Source: Azoarcus sp. (GTDB taxonomy: Bacteria; Pseudomonadota; Gammaproteobacteria; Burkholderiales; Rhodocyclaceae). Taken from it: a DNA stretch of 64,000 nt. The notes beneath the pieces are model-generated. The model was not told where the DNA came from. It saw nothing but the letters and a program-made list of their open reading frames with translations, and did no database searches. This document shows positions 7,933 to 17,330 of the stretch, one piece after another (position 1 is the stretch's first letter; each line of letters opens with the position of its first letter). The stretch covers positions 3,816 through 67,815 of the forward strand of contig JAISNX010000040.1 of the NCBI GenBank assembly GCA_031276015.1, written 5' to 3'. The position numbers and the translations under genes are program-made.

Positions 7933-10719
7933 TCATTCGCCTGCCGCCCTCACTTCCATCAACCCGGCTACCAAGTCATACCGCCAATGCGCCGGTTTCA
8001 TCGCTGTTTTCTCCTTGCCTGCGGGCCGTTGCGCCCAGCCTTGCCAGACGCCTTCCACCTTTTCCAGCATCAGCACCACCGACCACTGTCCCTTGCCCGG
8101 TATGTTTTCCAAGAGTTCGCGGTAAGCCCGGCACCGCACGGGGTCATCGGGTTCCATTCCGGCTGAAATCAGACGTTCAGGAACAGGCAGGGCGCTGTAG
8201 GCCCACGCATGACGGATGTCCCTGCCAGGCTTTTCCGACCAGGGGCGCAAGCATCCGTTTTCCCAACAGGCCAAGAGCACTTGCACGCTCTTTTCCCCCA
8301 ACCGTGATGGCGCTTGTGCCTCATCCAGCCAGCCGCCGACTCCGCGCGTATAACCGCCAAAAAACTTGAGAGTATTCATCTGGGCCACGCTGGTGTCGGC
8401 ATATCCCTGCCCTTCCATCTTTTCGGCATTTGCTTGCAGTGCGTCCGGAAAAGTCACGTCATGGCCAAATACTGCTTCAATCTGGCCGCGCGCCTCGCCC
8501 GGCATGCTCATGTTTCCATGCTGCATGGCTTTTGCCGAGAGCCACATCTGTCCATGGTGCGCATAGACTACCGCTGTCCTGGGCAGGCTTGCCCGGAGCC
8601 AGTCCGTTTCCGGCTCTTTCGTCCAGGCAGGCCCGAAAACATAGAACCACGCTTCGCCACGCTGATCCGCGCCCTGTCCAGACAAGGGGGTGCCTTCCTT
8701 GTCCCGGCGGTGCCGCATTAAACGGCCCAGACGCTGGATCAGGCGGTCGATAGGTGCCAGATCGCTGATGACGACATCCCAGTCCGCATCCAGACTCTGC
8801 TCGACGACCTGGGTGGCGATCACCAGTTTGCCGCGCCGTTTTTCAGCGTCGCTTTCTTTGCCGAAGCATTCCAGGATGCGGGCTTCGATGGCGAGCCGGT
8901 CGTCCAGCGCGAAACGGGAATGAAACAGCATCAGGTGTTCGTCATCGAGCCGGTCGCGGAATTTTTCCCACGCGTCCAAGGCATCCCTGACGGTATTGCG
9001 CATCCAGCATACGCAACGCCCGGCATTCAATGCATCCTCGATAAGCCGCAGGATTTCGGCTTCTTCGTGCAGATAGCAAAGCTGCACAGTGCGTGAAACA
9101 TCCTTGCGCGTGCCGAGAGGCGTCTCTTCCAGCGTCGATGTCATATCGTCACGCCAGACCGTAACCAGCGGATAGTTTTCTTTTGCAAGAGGCGGCGCTT
9201 CCTGCCCGCATCCGCGCGCGAAGTTGTCCAGCAGGGATTGCTTCATCCGGCGCGGCAGGGTCGCGGAAAGCAAAATGGCGCTGCCGCCCGATTTGGCGTG
9301 GAAAGAAAGCAGTGCCTCCAATACTCTTTGCATGTAGGCGTCACAGGCATGCACCTCATCGACGATCAGTACCTTTCCCAACAAACCCAGTAATCGCAAG
9401 GACTGATGGCGGCTATTGAGCACGGCGAGCAAGGCTTGATCCAGCGTTCCCACCCCGGCGGCGGCCAGTAAGGCGCGTTTGTTGTGGTCGGCCAGCCAGG
9501 CCGTGCAGCGCGCCGTGGCACTGGCATCATCTTGCCGATCATACGGGATGTGCCGATCCGCTGGCAAAACCGAGGCGGCGAAATCCTCTACCAGTGTGCG
9601 CTGCCCGTGTGCGAGCGCCAGGCTGGCGTCCTCGCCAAAGAGGCGCGCGAAAACACGAGCAATACGTCCATACATGGCGTTGGCGGTAGCCATAGTCGGC
9701 AGACCAATGAAAAATCCCCTGCCCGCCCCTGCCGCGATCAGGCGATGCGCGAGCATGACAGCAGCTTCCGTCTTGCCCGCGCCGGTCACGTCTTCCAGTA
9801 TGAATAATTGTGGCCGGGCGGAAACGCTGACCTCGCAAGCCCACTGCTGCAATGGCGAAGGCTGTGCAATGCCCGGAAACAATTGCCCAAATGGTTCTTT
9901 TTTTCCACCGCTGCGATAAAGCACACCACTTTTTGAAAGTGCCGCGCAAGCGCGCTGGCGAGCGATACCCCAGTATTCCCGCAAAGGCATCGGCGTGTCG
10001 CAATAAGGGAAAAAATCGCGGTTGGAACCCAACCAGTCCGACAATACGGTCAAACCAGCAACCCACCAGGAAATCTGGCGGCTCTGATGTACAAAGGCTT
10101 CCGCTTTCAGGAGATTGGGGAAAGCGGCAACTTCCGGCCGCGACAGGAACAGGTCGCGTAGCGCCAGCACGAAATCCCATGCGGCAAGCATGTCATCCGG
10201 ATGGAAATGACTCCCGCAGGTTGCGCCTGAAAGCATTTCCGGCGGTCGCCCATGGTGGCCCGTTACGGCTTCTACCCAAGCATCAAGCAGTTCGCAGGAA
10301 AGGAAAGTGCTGGCTTCGTCGAACCACCTGCCCGCCCCTATTTTATTTTCCATCTGTTCTTTCCAGAGCAGCCAACCCAATGTGTCATGGCGTGTGTTGT
10401 ATGTTTTTCTGAATGCACGGATTTCACCCTGCAATGCCTGCACCAGATCCAGGCGCTGCTCCTGGAATGCCTGGGCAAACTTGCCCAGGTCGTGCAGCGA
10501 AAGCCAGAATGCCAGCCAGTCCCGGAATATCGTCTTGTCCGTTATCGGAAAATACGCGGACAGCAAGCCGCCAAACGTTTCCGAACGTGTCAGATACTCG
10601 TAACCGACCGCCGCCACATCGAGGCTGTGATACGCCAGCAGATGACAACGCGCCCCGTCTTCGGGCGTATCCTTGCCAGCTTTGCCCCAATAAGGCCAAT
10701 AACCAGCTGTGCTTGTCAT
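7933..10719 (-). CDS. cas3: Cas3 HD nuclease-helicase
   Basis: HSLDVAAV and LHDLGK HD motifs, TGAGKTEAA, DEVH, SAT, QVVEQSLD, QRLGRLMRH; SD GGAGG before ATG 10719. Confidence 0.97.
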   Translation of the reverse strand: MTSTAGYWPYWGKAGKDTPEDGARCHLLAYHSLDVAAVGYEYLTRSETFGGLLSAYFPITDKTIFRDWLAFWLSLHDLGKFAQAFQEQRLDLVQALQGEIRAFRKTYNTRHDTLGWLLWKEQMENKIGAGRWFDEASTFLSCELLDAWVEAVTGHHGRPPEMLSGATCGSHFHPDDMLAAWDFVLALRDLFLSRPEVAAFPNLLKAEAFVHQSRQISWWVAGLTVLSDWLGSNRDFFPYCDTPMPLREYWGIARQRACAALSKSGVLYRSGGKKEPFGQLFPGIAQPSPLQQWACEVSVSARPQLFILEDVTGAGKTEAAVMLAHRLIAAGAGRGFFIGLPTMATANAMYGRIARVFARLFGEDASLALAHGQRTLVEDFAASVLPADRHIPYDRQDDASATARCTAWLADHNKRALLAAAGVGTLDQALLAVLNSRHQSLRLLGLLGKVLIVDEVHACDAYMQRVLEALLSFHAKSGGSAILLSATLPRRMKQSLLDNFARGCGQEAPPLAKENYPLVTVWRDDMTSTLEETPLGTRKDVSRTVQLCYLHEEAEILRLIEDALNAGRCVCWMRNTVRDALDAWEKFRDRLDDEHLMLFHSRFALDDRLAIEARILECFGKESDAEKRRGKLVIATQVVEQSLDADWDVVISDLAPIDRLIQRLGRLMRHRRDKEGTPLSGQGADQRGEAWFYVFGPAWTKEPETDWLRASLPRTAVVYAHHGQMWLSAKAMQHGNMSMPGEARGQIEAVFGHDVTFPDALQANAEKMEGQGYADTSVAQMNTLKFFGGYTRGVGGWLDEAQAPSRLGEKSVQVLLACWENGCLRPWSEKPGRDIRHAWAYSALPVPERLISAGMEPDDPVRCRAYRELLENIPGKGQWSVVLMLEKVEGVWQGWAQRPAGKEKTAMKPAHWRYDLVAGLMEVRAAGE

Positions 10720-10893
10720 GATCTTTGCCTCCAGCAATCGGGAAAACCGTCACAGCTTAACACAAGCGCATTTCCTGTTTTTTTTGAGGCAGCGACTGCC
10801 CATCCCATCCGCGCGGCAAGATAAGGACATTTCCCCGCGAAGCCGTTACAATCTCCGACTTTTCCAGCGAAGCCTTCCGGCAGGGGATTTTGC

Positions 10894-12345
10894 ATGGTTT
10901 GGGAAGTCATCATCGGGCTGGAAATCCATGCCCAACTCAACACCGCCGCCAAGATTTTCTCCGGCGCGAGCACCGCTTTCGGGGCAGAACCCAATGTGCA
11001 GGCGAGCGCCGTGGATGTCGCCTTGCCCGGCGTGTTGCCGGTATTGAATCGCGGCGTGGTCGAGAAAGCCATCCGCCTCGGCTTGGCACTGGGCGCGCAC
11101 ATCGCGCCGAAAAGCGTGTTCGCGCGCAAGAATTATTTTTATCCCGATCTGCCCAAGGGCTATCAGATCAGCCAGTTCGAGCTGCCGGTGGTGCAGGGCG
11201 GCACGATTGCGATCCAGGTCGGCGAGGGGGATGAGACTTACGAAAAGACTGTCCGCCTCACCCGCGCCCATCTTGAGGAAGACGCGGGGAAATCGCTGCA
11301 TGAAGATTTCCACGGCATGAGCGGTATCGACCTCAACCGCGCCGGGACGCCGCTGCTGGAGATCGTCTCCGAACCCGATATGCGCTCCTCGGCGGAAGCC
11401 GTGGCCTATGCTCGCGCCCTGCACGCGCTGGTGCGCTGGATCGACATCTGCGACGGCAACATGCAGGAAGGCTCTTTCCGCTGCGATGCCAATGTCTCGG
11501 TGCGCAGAAAGGGCGAAACCGCTTTCGGCACCCGGCGCGAAATCAAGAATCTCAACTCCTTCCGCTTCCTGCAACAGGCCATCGACTATGAAGCCGCCTG
11601 GCAGATCGAAACCATCGAGGATGGCGGCAAGATCATCCAGTCCACGGTGCTGTTCGATCCCGATACGGGCAAGACGCGCATGATGCGCTCCAAGGAGGAT
11701 GCGCACGATTACCGTTACTTCCCCGATCCCGATCTGTTGCCGCTGGTGATCGAGCCGGAATGGGTCGCGCGCGTCGCGGCGTCGATGCCCGAACTGCCCG
11801 CCGCGATGAAGGCGCGCTTCGAGCGCGACCTGGGCCTGCCACCCTACGATGCGGGCACGCTGACCGCCAGCAAGGAAACCGCCGATTATTTCCAGGCCGC
11901 CGTGGCCGTCGCGGGCGCGGCGCATGCCAAGCCCTGCGCGAACTGGGTGATGGGCGAACTCGCGGCGCGGCTCAACAAGGCCGGGCTGGAGATCGCCGCG
12001 TCGCCCGTCTCGCCCGCGCAATTGGGCGGGCTGCTCGTGCGCATTGCCGACGGCACGCTTTCCAACGCCATCGCGCGCAAGGTGTTCGAGGCACTCTGGA
12101 ACGGCGAGGGTGCAAGCGCCGACGAAATCATCGACAAACAGGGCTTGAGGCAACTCACCGACAGCGGGGCAATCGAAACCCTGGTCGACGAAGCGATTGC
12201 CGCCAATCCGAAATCGGTCGATGAATTCCGCGCGGGCAAGGAAAAAGCCCTCAACGCCCTGGTCGGCCAGGTGATGAAAGCCAGCCGTGGCAAGGCCAAC
12301 CCCGCACAGGTCAACGAAATCCTGCGCCGCAAGCTCGGTGCCTGA
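10894..12345 (+). CDS. gatB: Asp-tRNA(Asn)/Glu-tRNA(Gln) amidotransferase subunit B
   Basis: [49 protein letters not shown]. Confidence 0.98.
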   Translation: MVWEVIIGLEIHAQLNTAAKIFSGASTAFGAEPNVQASAVDVALPGVLPVLNRGVVEKAIRLGLALGAHIAPKSVFARKNYFYPDLPKGYQISQFELPVVQGGTIAIQVGEGDETYEKTVRLTRAHLEEDAGKSLHEDFHGMSGIDLNRAGTPLLEIVSEPDMRSSAEAVAYARALHALVRWIDICDGNMQEGSFRCDANVSVRRKGETAFGTRREIKNLNSFRFLQQAIDYEAAWQIETIEDGGKIIQSTVLFDPDTGKTRMMRSKEDAHDYRYFPDPDLLPLVIEPEWVARVAASMPELPAAMKARFERDLGLPPYDAGTLTASKETADYFQAAVAVAGAAHAKPCANWVMGELAARLNKAGLEIAASPVSPAQLGGLLVRIADGTLSNAIARKVFEALWNGEGASADEIIDKQGLRQLTDSGAIETLVDEAIAANPKSVDEFRAGKEKALNALVGQVMKASRGKANPAQVNEILRRKLGA

Positions 12346-12504
12346 GCGCGGCTCCCGGCACGGAAATTTGCCATGCCAAGTTTTTGCCATGGCAAGTTTT
12401 TCACGAAGTGGCGCACCCGCGCACGACGACCGTGTTTTCGTGGCTGGAGCCGTGCTACGATTCACGGGCTGGAATCCGAATAATGCTATTGTAATCAGGT
12501 CGTC

Positions 12505-12927
12505 GTGGCGTGCCCGCTTTGTTCTGTCTCATTGAATGACATCGTCTGGCAGGACGGGAGTTGCCGCGTCATTTTCGCGGACGATCCCGATTATCCGGGT
12601 TATTGCCGGGTCGTCTGGGGAGAACACGTTGCCGAAATGAGCGATCTGACGCCGGGCGAACAGCGTCACATCCTCGACGTGACGCTCGCCGTCGAACGCG
12701 CCCTGCGTGCCCTGATGAACCCCGACAAGATCAATCTCGCCAGCCTGGGCAACAAGGTGGCGCATCTGCATTGGCACGTCATTGCGCGCTTTACCGATGA
12801 CCGCCATTTCCCCGAAGCTATCTGGGGGCGCGAACAACGCCTTGGGCTGCCGCGCCCCAGGCCCGGACGCGCGGCGCTGGCCCAGAGAATCGCGGACGAG
12901 CTTGCCCGCATTGCCGCCATTCACTAA
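12505..12927 (+). CDS. HIT family protein
   Basis: N-terminal CPLC, PDKINLASLGNKVAHLHWH histidine triad. Confidence 0.9.
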   Translation: MACPLCSVSLNDIVWQDGSCRVIFADDPDYPGYCRVVWGEHVAEMSDLTPGEQRHILDVTLAVERALRALMNPDKINLASLGNKVAHLHWHVIARFTDDRHFPEAIWGREQRLGLPRPRPGRAALAQRIADELARIAAIH

Positions 12928-12958
12928 AAAAACAGAACGTCCCCCACCCGGAGTTTTC

Positions 12959-14530
12959 ATGGATTTCCGTAACCCCGATCAATATTTAGGCTTGCTGCAA
13001 AATCTGCCCGCCGATGCGCCCGTGGAGCGCCTCACCGTACTGTCGAACATCGTCGGCGATTTGCTCGCCGCTTCTCCCGCGCCGGACGTGTACCTCGAAA
13101 TCCTGGAGACGGCCCGTCCCCTGATCGACAAAACCCGCGCGAAACTCTCCGGCCTCGACGGCGGCGAGCCGTTGCCGCCGGATGGCGAGCACAACGCGCT
13201 ACTGCTCAAAGTCACCACGCTTTGGCACGCGCTTTCGCGTTCCTATGCCCTGTTGGCCGAACAGAATGCCGGGACGGAAATCCTCATCGACCAGCGCGCA
13301 TTGCTGGCGCAACGCCGCGTGTACTACGCGGGCAAGATCGTCTCCGAGTATTACTGCGCGCATCGCGCCCTGCCTTCCGGCCTGTGGCGCGAAATCCACG
13401 AAAGTTTCATCGCCGCCGAAGCCGTCGGCGTCCACGCCATTCGCGTATCGGACCCGCTCAATACGATATGGAAGGCGCAAAGCGCGCTGGAAGCCTACAT
13501 CAGCATCCTGCTGCTCGATCTCGCCAACGCCTTTGGCCGCAGCGGACAGGAATGGAAGTGGATTTGCCACTGGGCCGAGCGTTTCGCGCCGTATTGCAGC
13601 CTCGATCCGAACATCGAAGGGCGCAAGCCCACGACTTACGGCCTCGATCTTGCCGCCGATCACGGCCTGCGCCCGCTCGGCCTGCTGCCCAAGGGATCGA
13701 GTCCGTACTACTTCGACTGCAACAAACTGGCAAGCCAGATTCAATCGGTGTTCGCCCAGTTCAAACAAGGCGTCTCGCCCTCCTCCCTGGGGCTTGGCGA
13801 AGATTGCAGCGTGGAGGCCAGCGCCCGCCTGCTGCTGTCGCTTTACCGTCCGTGGGGGCTGGCCTCGGCCGGGCGGCGCTTTCCGCGTAGGGGCGGCTCC
13901 GGCGAAGTCGAACTCTGTGCCGACTGGCTCTCCATCGGTTTCCACGTCCAGGGCAAACTTTTCGAGCAGCCGCACGGCACCGCCGACGGGCAGGCTGCCA
14001 ATACCGGCAAGCGCGGGCAGGAAAAAAACGACAACCGCCCCGCCGACACCCAGGGTCTCGAAGCCGGGCGGCTCGGCCTGGTGTGCGAACGCTGGGAATT
14101 GCTCGACCAATCGGTGGGCGGGCTGCGCCTGCAACAGCGCCCGCACGCCGAACGCCTGGCACACCACCAACTCGTCGGGGTGCGCCCGCCCGACGGCAAA
14201 AGCTTCCTGCTCGCCCAGGTCAGTTGGCTGATGTTCCGCGAAGACGGCCTGCTCGAAACCGGCATCCATCTCTTGCCCGGCCTGCCGCAAGTCATCGCCG
14301 CCCGCCCGCACGTCGAATCCGACAGCCCGCGCGAACCCTATTCCCAGGCTTTCATCCTCGGCAACGATGCACTGCAAATCCCTCCCACGCTGATCCTGCC
14401 CGAAGGCTGGTACAGTGCCAACGGCATCATCGACGTACTCGACGGCGCTCGGGAGCGCAGACTGCGGATGAACCCGCTTTTGCTCAAGGGGCCGAATTTT
14501 GAACAGATCGGCTTCGTGGAACTCTCGTGA
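12959..14530 (+). CDS. Conserved hypothetical protein, probable c-di-GMP receptor (FimW/PilZ-like)
   Basis: RRFPR (RxxxR) and DQSVGG (DxSxxG) PilZ-type motifs; GC-biased codon usage. Confidence 0.6.
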   Translation: MDFRNPDQYLGLLQNLPADAPVERLTVLSNIVGDLLAASPAPDVYLEILETARPLIDKTRAKLSGLDGGEPLPPDGEHNALLLKVTTLWHALSRSYALLAEQNAGTEILIDQRALLAQRRVYYAGKIVSEYYCAHRALPSGLWREIHESFIAAEAVGVHAIRVSDPLNTIWKAQSALEAYISILLLDLANAFGRSGQEWKWICHWAERFAPYCSLDPNIEGRKPTTYGLDLAADHGLRPLGLLPKGSSPYYFDCNKLASQIQSVFAQFKQGVSPSSLGLGEDCSVEASARLLLSLYRPWGLASAGRRFPRRGGSGEVELCADWLSIGFHVQGKLFEQPHGTADGQAANTGKRGQEKNDNRPADTQGLEAGRLGLVCERWELLDQSVGGLRLQQRPHAERLAHHQLVGVRPPDGKSFLLAQVSWLMFREDGLLETGIHLLPGLPQVIAARPHVESDSPREPYSQAFILGNDALQIPPTLILPEGWYSANGIIDVLDGARERRLRMNPLLLKGPNFEQIGFVELS

Positions 14531-14599
14531 GCGCCGCCGGTTCGCACTATGATTGCCGCTTTCCCCGATGAGAAGGGCCGCGCCGCCGCGGCGACAACC

Positions 14600-15367
14600 A
14601 TGACCGACACCGTGCCGCAAGACGAAGCCGCCACCGGCCCGACCACCCATTTCGGTTTCCAGACCGTCGCCGAAGAACACAAGCAGAAAAAAGTCGCCGA
14701 AGTCTTTTCCTCTGTGGCGCAAAAGTACGACATCATGAACGATCTGATGTCGTTCGGCCTGCACCGGCTCTGGAAAGCATTCGCCATCCGGCTCGCGGGC
14801 GTGCGCGAGGGCGACCGTGTGCTCGATGTTGCGGGCGGCACCGCCGACCTCTCGCTGGCCTTTGCGCGGCGCGTCGGCGCAAGCGGCCAGGTCTGGCTGA
14901 CCGACATCAATCACGCCATGCTGGCACGCGGGCGGGATCGCCTCCTCGACAACGGCCATGCATTGCCGGTCGTCCAGTGCGACGCCGAAAGACTGCCCTT
15001 CCCCGGCGACAACTTCGATTGCGTCACCGTCGCCTTCGGGCTGCGCAACATGACCCACAAAGAAACCGCCCTGTCCGAAATGCGCCGCGTGCTTCGTCCC
15101 GGCGGGCGTCTGCTGGTGCTGGAATTTTCCCGCGTCTGGAAACCCTTGTCCCCGTTCTACGATCTATATTCGTTCAAACTCCTGCCCTGGATGGGGGCCA
15201 AGGTCGTTGGCGATCCGGACAGCTACCGCTACCTTGCCGAATCCATCCGCATGCATCCCGGCCAGCAGGACTTGAAAGCGATGATGGAAAGCGCGGGACT
15301 TGCCCGGGTCGACTACTTCAACCTCAGTGCCGGTATCGTCGCCGTCCATCGCGGCTATAAACTCTGA
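14600..15367 (+). CDS. ubiE: Ubiquinone/menaquinone C-methyltransferase
   Basis: [51 protein letters not shown]. Confidence 0.97.
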   Translation: MTDTVPQDEAATGPTTHFGFQTVAEEHKQKKVAEVFSSVAQKYDIMNDLMSFGLHRLWKAFAIRLAGVREGDRVLDVAGGTADLSLAFARRVGASGQVWLTDINHAMLARGRDRLLDNGHALPVVQCDAERLPFPGDNFDCVTVAFGLRNMTHKETALSEMRRVLRPGGRLLVLEFSRVWKPLSPFYDLYSFKLLPWMGAKVVGDPDSYRYLAESIRMHPGQQDLKAMMESAGLARVDYFNLSAGIVAVHRGYKL

Positions 15368-15401
15368 ACCCTTCGACCTTCCCTCCTGGAGCCTTCGACG
15401 C

Positions 15402-16238
15402 ATGAAACACGCACTGCTCGCCATTCTCATCGCTGTTTTCAGCTTTTCCCTCCTTGTCGATGATGCCCATGCCCGGCGTTTCGGCGGCGGTTCAAGTTTC
15501 GGCATGAAACGATCCATGCCGCCCGCCAGCGCCCCGAAACAAAACTACAACCGCCAGCAGCAAGGCACCCCACCCGCCGGACAACCCGGCAGGCGCTCAT
15601 GGATGGGGCCGCTTGCCGGTCTTGCCACGGGCATCGGCCTGGCCGCGCTGCTCTCGCACTTCGGGCTTGGCGAAGAAATGGCGGGATTCGTCATGCTCCT
15701 GCTGCTTGCCGCCGCTGCGCTCTTTCTTTTCAGGATGTTCCGGCGCGGCATGGGGGCGCAAAGACTGCAATACGCGGGCGCGAGTGCGGGCGCGGAGGCC
15801 GCCACGGGGCAACATGACCGCGCCGCCGCCATGCCGGGCGGCGTAGCGGCGGCAGCCTCGACGCCTGTCGGGGATTTCGACGCCGAAGCCTTTGTCCGCC
15901 AGGCCAAGATCAACTTCATCCGGCTGCAAACCGCCAACGACGCGGGCAATCTCGACGACATCCGCGAATTCGTCACCCCGGAAGTCTTTGCCGAAATCAG
16001 CATGCAGATCGCGGAACGCGGCGGTGCGGCGCAACAGACCGATGTCGTCGAACTCGACGCGGAAGTCCTGGATGTCGCCGAAGAAAGCGGGCGCTACATC
16101 GTCAGCGTGCGTTTCGGCGGCCTGCTGCGCGAAGAAAAAGACGCCCTACCCGCGCCATTCGGCGAAATCTGGCATCTCGTCAAGCCGGTGCAGGGCGACG
16201 AAGGCTGGCGCGTGGCCGGTATCCAGCAAACCGCATGA
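15402..16238 (+). CDS. Tim44-domain protein
   Basis: Signal peptide, ARRFGGGSSFG, WMGPLAGLA, C-terminal EIWHL..W..AGIQQ; usual ubiE neighbour. Confidence 0.9.
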   Translation: MKHALLAILIAVFSFSLLVDDAHARRFGGGSSFGMKRSMPPASAPKQNYNRQQQGTPPAGQPGRRSWMGPLAGLATGIGLAALLSHFGLGEEMAGFVMLLLLAAAALFLFRMFRRGMGAQRLQYAGASAGAEAATGQHDRAAAMPGGVAAAASTPVGDFDAEAFVRQAKINFIRLQTANDAGNLDDIREFVTPEVFAEISMQIAERGGAAQQTDVVELDAEVLDVAEESGRYIVSVRFGGLLREEKDALPAPFGEIWHLVKPVQGDEGWRVAGIQQTA

Positions 16239-16795
16239 GCACCGCTACGGTCGTTTGCCTTGCCGCATTCAATCACCTGTTGGGGCAGGCGACTTGGGCG
16301 CGCGAGCGTCTGCGGCCACACGCCGGACGCCACGCGCACCTCGACCTTGCCCCGTTTGCCGTTGCTTTCACCATCGCGGAAGACGGTACATTTGTTGCCA
16401 GTCCCGCCGATGCCGCGCCGGAAGTCACATTGACCCTGCCGCTGGCCGATACGCTGGCTGCCTTGGGCGGCGGGCTGGAAGCCGTCATGGCGAGCGCGCG
16501 GATCGCGGGCAGCGCCGACCTCGCCGACGCGCTGGTGTTCGTCTTTCGCCATTTGCGTTGGGACATCGAGGAAGACCTGGCGAAGTTCATCGGCGACATT
16601 GCCGCCCACCGTCTCGTCGAAGCGCCACGCCGTCTGGCTTCCGCCGCGACCGGGGCTTTTGGCGAAGAAACCGCGCCGCTGATAGGGCGCGCGGAAAACG
16701 AACGCTTTGCGCGCGACATCCAGGCACTGGAAGCCGGTCTGTCGAAGCTGGAAGAACAGATCGGGCGGATGAAAGGCCAGGGAACCCCGGATTAG
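16235..16795 (+). CDS. ubiJ: Ubiquinone biosynthesis accessory factor (SCP2 domain)
   Basis: NHLLGQATWARERL, LRWDIEEDLAKFIGDIAAHR, C-terminal coiled coil. Confidence 0.88.
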   Translation: MSTATVVCLAAFNHLLGQATWARERLRPHAGRHAHLDLAPFAVAFTIAEDGTFVASPADAAPEVTLTLPLADTLAALGGGLEAVMASARIAGSADLADALVFVFRHLRWDIEEDLAKFIGDIAAHRLVEAPRRLASAATGAFGEETAPLIGRAENERFARDIQALEAGLSKLEEQIGRMKGQGTPD

Positions 16796-16807
16796 CGACG
16801 AAAGGCA

Positions 16808-16930
16808 ATGGCTTGCCATGGGGTTGCGCCCCTGCAATGACGAATCTCCCACCCCGTCATTGCGAGGGCCGAAGGCCCGCGGCGATCCATACGGCGAGAT
16901 CCCCAGCACTGACGGGCGGTATTGCGGGAA
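16808..16930. repeat. Degenerate copy of the REP-like palindromic unit
   Basis: GCAATGACGAATCTCCCACCCCGTCATTGCGAGGGCCGAAGGCCC matches the unit at 56118-56557. Confidence 0.85.
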
Positions 16931-17115
16931 GGCTGTACTATCATGAACCTTGGTTTCAATAACAACGGCATGATGTGCGAATCTGTCCGGCTATCGGCAC
17001 CAATGTGCAGCTTCATGCCGGAGAAGGTGCCTCGATCAGCGTTGTCTGCAATCAGGCCATGTCGCCATGCCGGGTGTTCTTCTCCCCGTCATATAAGGAT
17101 GATGAAATAACGAAG

Positions 17116-17199
17116 TGTCGAATTGTTTTACGAATTCCTGGCATGACAAAGGAAATGTGCGAATAATCAACAATAATGCAATAAGGCACGATTCATGCT
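17116..17199 (+). promoter_or_regulatory. Sigma54-type promoter with upstream activator-like site
   Basis: TGTCGAATTGTTTTACG (TGT-N11-ACA-like, 17116-17132) and AGGCACGATTCATGCT (GG-N10-GC, 17184-17199). Confidence 0.6.
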
Positions 17200-17330
17200 T
17201 ATGGACGGAAACGTATAAATTTGTTTTCCTGCGGGGAAGCGTTGCCCATCCGACCTTGCCGGGTTGGCATGATTCGTTTCATGTCGAACGGCTAGGGTCG
17301 GTTTTCTGAAGTTTGTTTGGAGAAATCGTC

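Noticed and set aside
7762-8166. 134-aa plus-strand ORF over the mini-array and cas3 end
   Set aside because: Antisense to cas3, no SD or recognisable motif; the region is better explained as crRNA-like RNA
12366-12401. Short tandem TGCCATG(C/G)CAAGTTTT repeat after gatB
   Set aside because: Only two short copies; no regulator or function can be supported
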